This document shows positions 17,703 through 26,307 of a stretch of 44,187 nucleotides of DNA, one piece after another. The translations under genes were made by a program, and so were the position numbers. Source of the stretch: a virus (Duplodnaviria; Caudoviricetes). The notes below the pieces were generated by a model. It was not told the origin of the DNA. It made no database searches and worked only from the letters and a program-made list of their open reading frames with translations. The stretch is from positions 1-44,187 of IMG/VR virus record IMGVR_UViG_3300044513_001233. One strand, written 5' to 3'. Within the stretch, counting starts at the first letter, position 1. Each line of letters begins with the position of its first letter.

Positions 17703-19771
17703 TGGGTAGAAGTAAGCGCATTAACCCGATTCTGACGAGGCTAGCACGACAAGCAATTACCTCTTCTACAGATTTAACGAGTGCGAATGAGTGGATCTTT
17801 GGTAACGGTGAAGATGGCGACGTAACCATCACTAACGGCACCACCGTCACCCTTGATTCCGACAAATACTATGACGACCTAACCATCGACTCAGGTGGGA
17901 CGTTGTTCACCAACGGCTTCCGTGTATTTGTAAAAGGCACACTCACCAACAACGGTACTATCGGGTTTCCGTCTGGGTTATCAGATGTAACCACATACTC
18001 TTCCACCCTTGCCCGCCGTAGCCACACAGCGGTTTCATATGGTATTGGTCAGGCTTCAAATACCATTACCGAAGGTGAACTGTACGACCTTGACGACGTA
18101 ACTGGTGGTTACTACTTTTTGGCTAACGGAAGTGTACGACCGTTTCAAGGCGGCGACCCCGGAACAGATGGTGCTGATGGAAGCATCACAGCAAACGCAA
18201 CCGCTGGTAACCCCGGTGCTGCTGGTACGTACCCAAACGCCGCAGTAGGTGCCCCCGGAGGTGCAGGTAACCCCGGAACATCAGGTAACGCTGCTACTGC
18301 TGGTGTAGGCGGCGACAGAGGAGCCGGTGGCGGTGTCGTTCTCATTATCGCCAAAACGGTTACCGGTTCTGGTGAAATCGTCAGTTTAGGCACCGCCGGT
18401 ACTAGCGGTAATACTGCTACTCAGGGCACTGACGGTACTGATGGCACTGCCGCCCCCAATATCGCTGCATACGCAAACCCCGGTAACCCTAATCCAGCGG
18501 GCCACAACGCCGGATCTGGTTCTCACCCTGCGAACAGTCTTGTACCTAACCTGAGCCATAACGCTACTGCCCACCCGGCAGGTCACAACGCTGGGCATGG
18601 TTCGCACCCTGCTAATGGCCCCCACGGTAACACTGGCCACAATGCTACGTCTCACACAGCAGGTCACAATGCAGGCCACGGTCATCATCCGGCGAACGGT
18701 CCGCACGGCAACACTGGCCATAACGCCACGTCTCACACGACTGGTCACAATGCTGGGCATGGTCACCATCCTGCTGGTGGTCCGCACGGTAATCATGGTC
18801 ACCACGCAACTACGACTCGTTCAAATCATCATCACCATACTGATTCGCATCATCACACTCGCTCAAATCATCACCATCACACGCGAACCAATCACCACCA
18901 CCACACGGACTCACATCACACGGCACGTGAGAACATTCACCACCATATTCGGACTAATCACCATCATCATTCGCGATCTAACAGCCACCTTCGATCAAAC
19001 TACCACCACACATCACGGTCCAATTACCACTCTGGCAACCACAGATCTAATCACCATTTCCACACTCGCTCAAACCATCATCATCAGTCAAATCACCACC
19101 ATCACACTCAGTCGAACCATCATCACCACACTCAGTCGAACACCCATCACCATGTACAAAACCACCATCACACTCGCTCAAACCACCATCATCACACCCA
19201 AACCAATCACCACCACCACGTTCAAAACCATCACCATGTAAGAACAAACCATCATCATCACACCGCTGGCGATGCAGGGCATCCAGCAAACGGCAATATG
19301 ACACCGAACCATCATGCGTCGGTCAACCATGCTCATAACTCTGGCACTACAGCACACCCTGCTGGAGGGTCACTCGCTCCTAACCACAACGCTTCAGCAC
19401 ACCCTGCTGGTCACACTTCTGGGACTACAGCACATCCTGCTGGAGGCTCTCTGGCCCCCAACCATAACGCTTCAGCGCATCCCGCCGGTCACACCTCTGG
19501 AAATGCTAACCATGCCGCCAACGGGACGCTCACGACCAATCACAATGCTACGGCACACCCAGCAGGCACAAACGTGACTCATAACCCGAACTACTCGGGA
19601 GGCACAGGAGGAACAAAAGGCACCGGAGGTACTGCTACAGGAGGCAATGCAGGCAACCAAGGACAAAAGGGTGCTATCATTGTCGTTACCAGACAAATGG
19701 ACGCTAATGTCCGCTCGGCTCAGTTGGGTAACCACTCCAACTACGCCAGAATCATCGATGTAGATGGATAG
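17702..19771 (+). CDS. Glycine-rich adhesin-like protein with large His-rich repeat insert
   Basis: FGNGEDGDVT...TNGFRVFVKGTLT scaffold; insert of 27-aa, 7-8-aa and 26-aa His repeats; TAATG coupling. Confidence 0.85.
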   Translation: MGRSKRINPILTRLARQAITSSTDLTSANEWIFGNGEDGDVTITNGTTVTLDSDKYYDDLTIDSGGTLFTNGFRVFVKGTLTNNGTIGFPSGLSDVTTYSSTLARRSHTAVSYGIGQASNTITEGELYDLDDVTGGYYFLANGSVRPFQGGDPGTDGADGSITANATAGNPGAAGTYPNAAVGAPGGAGNPGTSGNAATAGVGGDRGAGGGVVLIIAKTVTGSGEIVSLGTAGTSGNTATQGTDGTDGTAAPNIAAYANPGNPNPAGHNAGSGSHPANSLVPNLSHNATAHPAGHNAGHGSHPANGPHGNTGHNATSHTAGHNAGHGHHPANGPHGNTGHNATSHTTGHNAGHGHHPAGGPHGNHGHHATTTRSNHHHHTDSHHHTRSNHHHHTRTNHHHHTDSHHTARENIHHHIRTNHHHHSRSNSHLRSNYHHTSRSNYHSGNHRSNHHFHTRSNHHHQSNHHHHTQSNHHHHTQSNTHHHVQNHHHTRSNHHHHTQTNHHHHVQNHHHVRTNHHHHTAGDAGHPANGNMTPNHHASVNHAHNSGTTAHPAGGSLAPNHNASAHPAGHTSGTTAHPAGGSLAPNHNASAHPAGHTSGNANHAANGTLTTNHNATAHPAGTNVTHNPNYSGGTGGTKGTGGTATGGNAGNQGQKGAIIVVTRQMDANVRSAQLGNHSNYARIIDVDG
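18480..19595 (+). repeat. Coding tandem repeat region (His-rich)
   Basis: About 4x HPAGHNAGHGSHPANGPHGNTGHNATS, about 20x (R/Q)(S/T)NHHHHT-like units, about 4x HPAGGSLAPNHNASAHPAGHTSGTTA; synonymous sites diverged. Confidence 0.9.
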
Positions 19772-19778
19772 GTGAATT

Positions 19779-20021
19779 ATGTTTGAAAGCATGTCAAATG
19801 AAGACAAGGTTGCTGTTTGCGATGAGCAGGTGGCTCAAGTAGACCGCAACATCTACTCATATATGCTTACTCTCGGTTTGGACCCGGCCACCGAAGATGC
19901 TGCAACAGTGACCGTTGACACCGCTGAATCAGATTACGTTCAAAGCCTCCAGCAAAGCGTAATCGACTCGGTTGCACGACGCACGTTCATCCTAGGTGTT
20001 AAGACCTCTCTTAGTGCGTGA
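19779..20021 (+). CDS. Small acidic helical hypothetical protein
   Basis: SD AGGTG; 80 aa; overlaps the next start. Confidence 0.7.
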   Translation: MFESMSNEDKVAVCDEQVAQVDRNIYSYMLTLGLDPATEDAATVTVDTAESDYVQSLQQSVIDSVARRTFILGVKTSLSA

Positions 20022-20203
20022 TGCTTTCTGACAGCAGCCCAATTCACCGGTTGTACGCTGATTGTTTGTATGCGGGCATTGATCCTGTGGCCTTCACGTC
20101 AGATTGGTTCCCATCTGCCCCCGAAGACACAATCCAGTACGACCTAGAAATCTTTGTGCAAGATGCACTGGTTGAATGGAAGTCTGCTAACCTCAATCCT
20201 TGA
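20018..20203 (+). CDS. Small acidic hypothetical protein
   Basis: GTGATG/TGATG coupling on both sides; AGIDP echoes LGLDP of the upstream gene. Confidence 0.6.
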   Translation: MMLSDSSPIHRLYADCLYAGIDPVAFTSDWFPSAPEDTIQYDLEIFVQDALVEWKSANLNP

Positions 20204-20907
20204 TGACTTCTCCCACATTCTCTTTCGCAGGGCATCGCAGTAGTTACATCTTGGTCGGAGATGACATCGTCCCCAGAGATGTATGCGACGATATTATTGC
20301 TAGATCGCTAGACAACTACGATGACTTCTTTTATCCCGGCCCCACTCTGGGCGGTGTAGATGTTGCAACTAAGTCCAGCATGGACTTCGACTTCGGTGTA
20401 CAGGCCATCACGAGTAAGGGGTTTGACCCCGAGCCGTGGGCTACGTATGAGTCAATCATGACTGAGGCTCTGACGACGATAATCAGCGAATATCAGTCGC
20501 AGTTCTTTGACCTATGGCGGGTGCCAAACTTGATCGACACCGGTTTCCGCCTACAGCACTATGCCAAGAACTATGGATACTACCGCGAGCACATTGACGG
20601 GTGCATTTGGGGACCAGTTTCATCACGCACCCGTATCTTTGGGGCAGTCATCTACTTGAACGACATTGACTCCGGGGGAGAGACACACTTCCCTGTACAA
20701 GAGCAGAAGGTACAGGCAAAGGCTGGGCGTGTGGCACTGTTTCCAGCCGCTTGGACTCATCCACACGCAGGTATGCCAGCACACAGCAGCGACAAGTGGA
20801 TGATTAGTTCTTTTATCACATGCACCCCCGAAGAGGGGTACTTGGAGTATGATATAGATTCTGGAGAAATGAAATCCCAAACTGACAAGTCAGGAGACGA
20901 CGCGTGA
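20200..20907 (+). CDS. 2OG-Fe(II) oxygenase (prolyl 4-hydroxylase-like)
   Basis: HID...IYLND..GGETHF...FP..WTHPH...K: Fe-binding triad plus 2OG-binding Lys. Confidence 0.9.
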   Translation: MMTSPTFSFAGHRSSYILVGDDIVPRDVCDDIIARSLDNYDDFFYPGPTLGGVDVATKSSMDFDFGVQAITSKGFDPEPWATYESIMTEALTTIISEYQSQFFDLWRVPNLIDTGFRLQHYAKNYGYYREHIDGCIWGPVSSRTRIFGAVIYLNDIDSGGETHFPVQEQKVQAKAGRVALFPAAWTHPHAGMPAHSSDKWMISSFITCTPEEGYLEYDIDSGEMKSQTDKSGDDA

Positions 20908-21518
20908 AAAAGGGAGAAGCAGTAGGAGTAGAGGTAGCACCGTGCATCGTCGTGTACGAAGATGTGTTTGATGCCACCATCTTTTTGCGGACACTTATCC
21001 AAGAGTGTGAGAACGAAGAGGGGTTCCTTAACTGGACACGGGATACCGTTGGTGACGGAGAAGTCACCGACAAGCGCACCTCTATGAGTTGCAGTGTCGA
21101 CAACCTTCGTGCGGCGGAAGAGTATTCAGAGACTCTCAACGACAACACCAAGTTGTTGATTGATGAGTGGATGCAGATCTTCCCCAAGATTGACGACGTG
21201 GTCTGGTCGTACCGTAGTTCTTATGACTTGACTCTACACGGGGATCAGGGTTATCGAGTGCTTCGTTACCGTGGCGGTGAGGAGTATCAGGCACACCACG
21301 ACCACGGTCCGGGCAATGGTCGTGTCTTGAGCCTTGTTTGTTTTATCAATGATGGCTACACGGGTGGCGAACTAGTGTTCCCTACTTTTGATGTAACTGT
21401 TACTCCAAAGGCAGGAAGTGTCGTTGCGTTCCCGTCGAACTTCCCGTACAAGCACGTTGCTAAACCCGTGGGAGAAGACGGTTCTGCTAAGTATTCGCTT
21501 GTTACGTGGTTTGAGTGA
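20904..21518 (+). CDS. 2OG-Fe(II) oxygenase (prolyl 4-hydroxylase-like)
   Basis: HHD...FIND.YTGGELVF...FPSNFPYKH...KYSLVTW. Confidence 0.9.
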   Translation: MKKGEAVGVEVAPCIVVYEDVFDATIFLRTLIQECENEEGFLNWTRDTVGDGEVTDKRTSMSCSVDNLRAAEEYSETLNDNTKLLIDEWMQIFPKIDDVVWSYRSSYDLTLHGDQGYRVLRYRGGEEYQAHHDHGPGNGRVLSLVCFINDGYTGGELVFPTFDVTVTPKAGSVVAFPSNFPYKHVAKPVGEDGSAKYSLVTWFE

Positions 21519-23026
21519 TGCGTAAGCACATCGTAATCGTCGGCTCAGGCACTGCTGGCCTGACCACCGCTATCACCCTGAAGGCATGGTTCCAGATGTA
21601 CGACATTACTGTCGTGTCGTCTAAAAGCATCGGGATTATTGGAGTTGGCGAAGGTTCCACGGAACACTGGCGGTCGTTTCAGGACGATATGAATATCCCT
21701 ATCGAAGGGCTATTGGTTAACGCAAAAGCAACTCATAAGTACGGTATCGCGTTCGAGGACTGGACAACGCACACCCCGCACTACTACCACTCGGTGTCTC
21801 ACGGCCCCATCACTATTGGTAACTTTGCTGGGTCATACGCCTACTGCATTGAAAATGACTTGCAGTTAACCAAGACGCTGTCGTGGCGAGGTATGAAAGA
21901 CGGTAAGATCCCATTCAGCGAGGACAAAGAGGGTAATGAAAACACCCACCTCAATACCAACCAGTATCACTTTGACACTCATGCTCTTAACGACTTCCTG
22001 AAGATCATCGCTAACGAGCGCGGCGTTCACTTCGTTGAAGATGAGGTTGACTTCGTTGTCAAGGATGACGACGGTTGGGTGGACTCCCTGTACCTGAAGA
22101 ACGCTAGGGGCAGGATCAAAGCCGACCTGTTCATCGACGCTTCTGGCTTCAACCGTGTGTTGTTGAAAGAGATGGACGACCAGACATTTGTTGACTACGG
22201 TAAGTACCTGCCGTGTGACAGCGCCGTCGTATTCCCCACCCCTTCCCGTGAAGACGGTAAGATTCTTCCGTTCACACGCGCACGCGCCCTCAGTTCGGGC
22301 TGGTTGTGGGAAATCCCCACACAGGAACGTAGGGGTAACGGTTATGTCTACTCTTCTAAGCACACCTCGGATGACGATGCCTTGCGGGAAGCATTTGATG
22401 CGGCTGGGTATGAGTCAGACGAAAGCCGTGTATTACGATTCCAGTCGGGCTACATGAAGAAGACGTGGCAGAAGAATGTTGTAGCGGTTGGTTTAGCGGC
22501 TGGGTTCATTGAGCCGCTAGAGGCAACCTCTATTTCCATGTCTTTGCAGCAGGCTCGCCTGATCTGCTCTTACTTGCCGACATTCAACAAAGAATCACGT
22601 TATATGGTGGGCGAGTACCACCGTATGATGGATCAAATCATGGAAAATACTCTTGCCATGATCTCTCTTCACTACATCTCTGACCGTACAGACTCCGAGA
22701 TGTGGCGTGACCAGCAGAACGCCCCCAAGCCAGAACTGCTAGAACGGCTGCTAGGGCTGTGGGCAGAGCGGTGTCCTGAGATTCATGACATGCCCCATTC
22801 TGGGTTTGAGTTGTTCAGCCCCGTACACCTGTGGCACGTAGCGCAAGGTCAGGGCCTGATTAGTCGTGATCTGGCTACCATGCAGTTGGATGCGTACGGC
22901 TCTCGCAACCCCTCACGTCACCACATCAACGAAGTAACTGCGGAGTATATGAAGGGAGATATCGTTGACCACAGAGAAGCACTCCAGCGACTTGCCGAGC
23001 AATTTGAAAGTAGTAAGTCCAAGTAG
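21515..23026 (+). CDS. Flavin-dependent (tryptophan halogenase family) halogenase
   Basis: GSGTAG FAD motif, IGVGEGS, ATHKYGI catalytic Lys, WLWEIP (WxWxIP), GFIEPLEATS. Confidence 0.92.
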   Translation: MMRKHIVIVGSGTAGLTTAITLKAWFQMYDITVVSSKSIGIIGVGEGSTEHWRSFQDDMNIPIEGLLVNAKATHKYGIAFEDWTTHTPHYYHSVSHGPITIGNFAGSYAYCIENDLQLTKTLSWRGMKDGKIPFSEDKEGNENTHLNTNQYHFDTHALNDFLKIIANERGVHFVEDEVDFVVKDDDGWVDSLYLKNARGRIKADLFIDASGFNRVLLKEMDDQTFVDYGKYLPCDSAVVFPTPSREDGKILPFTRARALSSGWLWEIPTQERRGNGYVYSSKHTSDDDALREAFDAAGYESDESRVLRFQSGYMKKTWQKNVVAVGLAAGFIEPLEATSISMSLQQARLICSYLPTFNKESRYMVGEYHRMMDQIMENTLAMISLHYISDRTDSEMWRDQQNAPKPELLERLLGLWAERCPEIHDMPHSGFELFSPVHLWHVAQGQGLISRDLATMQLDAYGSRNPSRHHINEVTAEYMKGDIVDHREALQRLAEQFESSKSK

Positions 23027-23816
23027 TATCCACGAAATCGAACCAGAACCGGGGCAGGTGTTTATGGCACCGCAGACCCCTATCTTGTTTCACGAGAAGT
23101 CGTTACCTATCAACAACACCCGTACGTGGCCTGATTGGTGGAAAGGTGTAGAGTCCGCTGAAGGTAGCGTTCGTCGTTGTGCCGGTACCGCTGACTATAT
23201 CAGCCTCGGATTCACGATTCCGTTGTGGGCTAATCTGAAAATGCGCCCCTCGCCTAACAAGCGGCAGTGGGAGTCACAGTTCGACATTGCAGGCGACCAC
23301 CCGTTCGGCGTTGAGGGTTTTAGTTTTGAGCAGACCGGCCCCATCCCCGTGACTGAGGTGCGCGGTATCAAGCGTGCTAACTACGTCAAGATCATCAACC
23401 CGTGGGTTATTAAAACCGCCCCCGGCTGGTCATGTATGTTCTTGCCTGACATGTACCAACCAGACCCTAACTGGACGATTCTCCCAGCAGTAGTCAACAC
23501 TGACTATTACCATCACGCCCATATCGTTATCAATGTATTGGCTGAAGACGAGTTCACCATTCCGGTGGGACATCCGATGCAGCACATTATCCCGTTTGAG
23601 CGTTCCACTACGGGTATTGAGTTGCAGTATGGGGACCGTATGGCGTACGAGATTATGGATCAGGCAGGCTTTGGTACCCCATTCATTCCTCGTAACATGA
23701 AGTCTAAGTACAAAAAGACTCAACGAGAGATGGATTCTTCCGCACAGACATGCCCTGTGACTGGTCAGTCCGCCCCCGAACCCAATAAAAAGCGTAAGTG
23801 GTTCAGCAAGAAATAG
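22965..23816 (+). CDS. Hypothetical protein, dUTPase-like beta fold (DUF6065-like)
   Basis: PDWWK...RRCAG..DY...GFTIPLW...KIINPWVIKTAPGWSC...VVNTD...IIPFER; start codon uncertain. Confidence 0.65.
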   Translation: MTTEKHSSDLPSNLKVVSPSSIHEIEPEPGQVFMAPQTPILFHEKSLPINNTRTWPDWWKGVESAEGSVRRCAGTADYISLGFTIPLWANLKMRPSPNKRQWESQFDIAGDHPFGVEGFSFEQTGPIPVTEVRGIKRANYVKIINPWVIKTAPGWSCMFLPDMYQPDPNWTILPAVVNTDYYHHAHIVINVLAEDEFTIPVGHPMQHIIPFERSTTGIELQYGDRMAYEIMDQAGFGTPFIPRNMKSKYKKTQREMDSSAQTCPVTGQSAPEPNKKRKWFSKK

Positions 23817-23848
23817 TATACTTTCGGTGAGCGCAACCGGAGAGTGTT

Positions 23849-25633
23849 ATGCCTATTAACTTCCCTGATTCACCGACTACTGGTGACACCCATACGTCTG
23901 GAGACAAGACATGGACGTACGATGGTACGGCATGGAACTTGGTAGTAGGAGGCGTCCCCACTGTCGTAGACACTCTTACCATCAATCAGGACGCTGAAGT
24001 AGATGGTATTCTCACCGCCAACCACATTCACGGCAACATCGCCGGTTCGGTGTATTTGCATGTAAAGAATACATCGGGCGTGACGATTCCTGAGGGGTCG
24101 CCGGTGTATGCGACGGGTTCTGTGGGGGCATCTGGGGGAACTGAGATTGCTGCTTCAGATGCTTCTACTGCCGCCACGATGCCTGCTTTGGGTATTACTC
24201 AGTCTGAGTTGGTAGCCAATGCCGAAGGTCATGCCACCATTCTTGGCGTTATCGAGAGTCTTGATACCAGTACTTACGGTCTTAATGACTCATTGTACGT
24301 CGCCCCCGGTGGAGGTCTGACAGATACACGACCAACAGCGCTTACAGATCTCGTACAGAAGATTGGGCGTGTGGTTCGTGTAGATGGCTCAACTGGTGAG
24401 ATTCTTGTGTTGGGTGCTGGCCGTGCGAATGATGTGCCGAACAATGTTGTTGCTGGTGGTTTGACGATTGACACGGATACATTGCATGTTGATGCGACGA
24501 ATGATCGTGTCGGTATCGGTACAACGACACCTAGCCAAACACTTCACGTCAATAGTGGAGCAGGGAATGTCCCAGCGTTGTTTGAGTCAACGGATTCCGT
24601 TTCAATCATTCAGATCAAAGATAACGCCACTACGACACCTCCCGCTGTTGCGGCGGTTGGTGACGAACTACGACTGCAAACAAGTGGCTCTTCCAGAGTA
24701 ACTGTTGACTCAACTGGCAATGTCGGTATTGGTACAACGACACCCAGCACGTTGCTTCATGTAAAGGGTGCCGCCGCAAACGACGCTTCGCCTGAAATGA
24801 CTATTCAGGGGAATGGTTCCATGGCGTTTCACGGCTCGTTGGCGCAAGGAAGTTACAACGGCATTGTAAATGCAGGCGACATGGGCATCATCTTCACTGA
24901 TGGCACACAAGGCACAGGAGAGTTTGTTATTGCACCTTGGGCTAGTGGTACTAGCGGTGTGCGTATCGATTCGTCTGGCAATGTAGGTATCGGTACAGCG
25001 ACACCTGCTGGCACCCTGCACATCAGCGACAGTAACCCAACAATCTGGCTGACAGACACAGACACAAACGCAGACTCCTTTGTCTCTGCGAGTTCCTCCG
25101 TAGGCTCTCTGGTTCTTTCGGCAGATGAGAACAATGAGGTCGGTTCTAGCCAGATGGCTTTCAAGGTTGACGGCACAACTCTAATGGGATTGCAGGCAAG
25201 CGGAAACCTTGAGATGGTGGGCGGAACCGTAAAGGGCGACGGTGCCTTAGTTCAAATGGTCTCGGCAACCTCGGGTGTTAGCGATCTGACTAGTTCTGCA
25301 AACATCGCAAGTATTACGATGTCACCAAAGTACAGCGACAGCACCATGCTTGTGCTGGTCAACTTCCATGCTTATAAGTACAACACATCAACTAGCGTCA
25401 ATAACCAGTATCAGTTGTACCAAAGCGGGGGAGGAAACATTACTCCTCTACGAAACTATCAAATGTATAGTCCTAACGGGGATAGTTACATGTTCCAAGG
25501 TGTAGTGAGTGGGACTATAGCCGCAGGGTCAACCGCAAGTAGGACTTATCATTACTATGTAACAGCGTCAAGTTCTGCTGACCGCATCTACTTTTACTGG
25601 AAAACGATTTACGTATTGGAGATTGCGACATGA
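23849..25633 (+). CDS. Fibre protein
   Basis: MPINFPDSP N-module shared with 15042; three GxVGIGTxTP repeats; TATACT at 23817-23822 upstream. Confidence 0.75.
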   Translation: MPINFPDSPTTGDTHTSGDKTWTYDGTAWNLVVGGVPTVVDTLTINQDAEVDGILTANHIHGNIAGSVYLHVKNTSGVTIPEGSPVYATGSVGASGGTEIAASDASTAATMPALGITQSELVANAEGHATILGVIESLDTSTYGLNDSLYVAPGGGLTDTRPTALTDLVQKIGRVVRVDGSTGEILVLGAGRANDVPNNVVAGGLTIDTDTLHVDATNDRVGIGTTTPSQTLHVNSGAGNVPALFESTDSVSIIQIKDNATTTPPAVAAVGDELRLQTSGSSRVTVDSTGNVGIGTTTPSTLLHVKGAAANDASPEMTIQGNGSMAFHGSLAQGSYNGIVNAGDMGIIFTDGTQGTGEFVIAPWASGTSGVRIDSSGNVGIGTATPAGTLHISDSNPTIWLTDTDTNADSFVSASSSVGSLVLSADENNEVGSSQMAFKVDGTTLMGLQASGNLEMVGGTVKGDGALVQMVSATSGVSDLTSSANIASITMSPKYSDSTMLVLVNFHAYKYNTSTSVNNQYQLYQSGGGNITPLRNYQMYSPNGDSYMFQGVVSGTIAAGSTASRTYHYYVTASSSADRIYFYWKTIYVLEIAT

Positions 25634-25950
25634 GACTGCCCCCCAACTACGGTGACGCAATTCTTACCCTACGTCCTGATGCTCGCTATATTATGCATGA
25701 AGACGATTTGGAGAACATTGAGTGGGTAGAAGTAGAAGGCGTGCCTCCTACTCCGACAGAGATAGAAGCACAACTAGTTCTGCTACAGGAAGAGTACGAG
25801 GGTCGTTCTTACCAGAGAGAACGTGCATCAGCGTACCCGTCTATCGGTGACCAATTAGATGCACTATTTCACGCAGGAGCATTCCCTGAAGGTATGGCTA
25901 CACAGTTGCAGGCTGTGAAAGACGCACACCCGAAACCGGAGGCTAACTGA
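25630..25950 (+). CDS. Fibre assembly chaperone-like protein
   Basis: LRP.A...Y.RER..AYPSIGDQLDALFH...VKDAHPKP signature. Confidence 0.75.
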   Translation: MRLPPNYGDAILTLRPDARYIMHEDDLENIEWVEVEGVPPTPTEIEAQLVLLQEEYEGRSYQRERASAYPSIGDQLDALFHAGAFPEGMATQLQAVKDAHPKPEAN

Positions 25951-25982
25951 TGGCTATTGAAGCGCTAGAGTCCGCCCCCTAA
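25950..25982 (+). pseudogene. 10-codon mini-ORF, probable deletion remnant
   Basis: MAIEALESAP* with GGAGG SD and TGATG coupling identical to the start context of gene 15042. Confidence 0.4.
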
Positions 25983-25994
25983 CCATTATTCACC

Positions 25995-26003
25995 TGCTAC
26001 ACT
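25995..26003 (+). promoter_or_regulatory. Extended -10 promoter motif TGCTACACT
   Basis: Intergenic, upstream of SD AAGGAG and ATG 26035. Confidence 0.5.
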
Positions 26004-26034
26004 CATTGATAGACCCTGACCAAGGAGAACCAAC

Positions 26035-26295
26035 ATGGCTACAAAAAAGACAGCAAGCAAGATTGCAGAAGTCCTCATTGAAGACGAGGCAGTTGAGGAA
26101 GCAGTGGAGGCTCCGGCCCCCGCTCCAGAGCCAACAATCGTCGCCCCCACAACCAAGAATGCAAAGATCAAGGGTACATGGACGATGTACTATGGTAATG
26201 GTCGCTGGGACTTCGTAGACGGACAGCGCTACGACCTCCCTATGGACCTCTTTGACTACCTTAAGGCTTCTGGTAATATCTACGACACGCTCTGA
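26035..26295 (+). CDS. Small phage protein (possible head-associated)
   Basis: Strong SD; flexible N-terminus plus F..GQRYDLP.DLFDYLK..G.IY domain. Confidence 0.75.
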   Translation: MATKKTASKIAEVLIEDEAVEEAVEAPAPAPEPTIVAPTTKNAKIKGTWTMYYGNGRWDFVDGQRYDLPMDLFDYLKASGNIYDTL

Positions 26296-26307
26296 TAGGA
26301 GAGCCAT

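Noticed and set aside
18480-19595. CRISPR array or non-coding tandem repeat
   Set aside because: Repeats are in-frame, degenerate at synonymous positions and have no repeat-spacer structure
18386-19807. Alternative-frame and antisense ORFs over the His-rich gene (e.g. 18597-19241)
   Set aside because: Expected by-products of stop-poor CAY/ACN repeats; no SD or independent features
13205-25950. Diversity-generating retroelement or invertase shufflon acting on fibre genes
   Set aside because: No reverse transcriptase or recombinase in the window, no adenine-specific TR/VR pair noticed, and all cassettes are co-oriented; a trans-acting element elsewhere cannot be excluded
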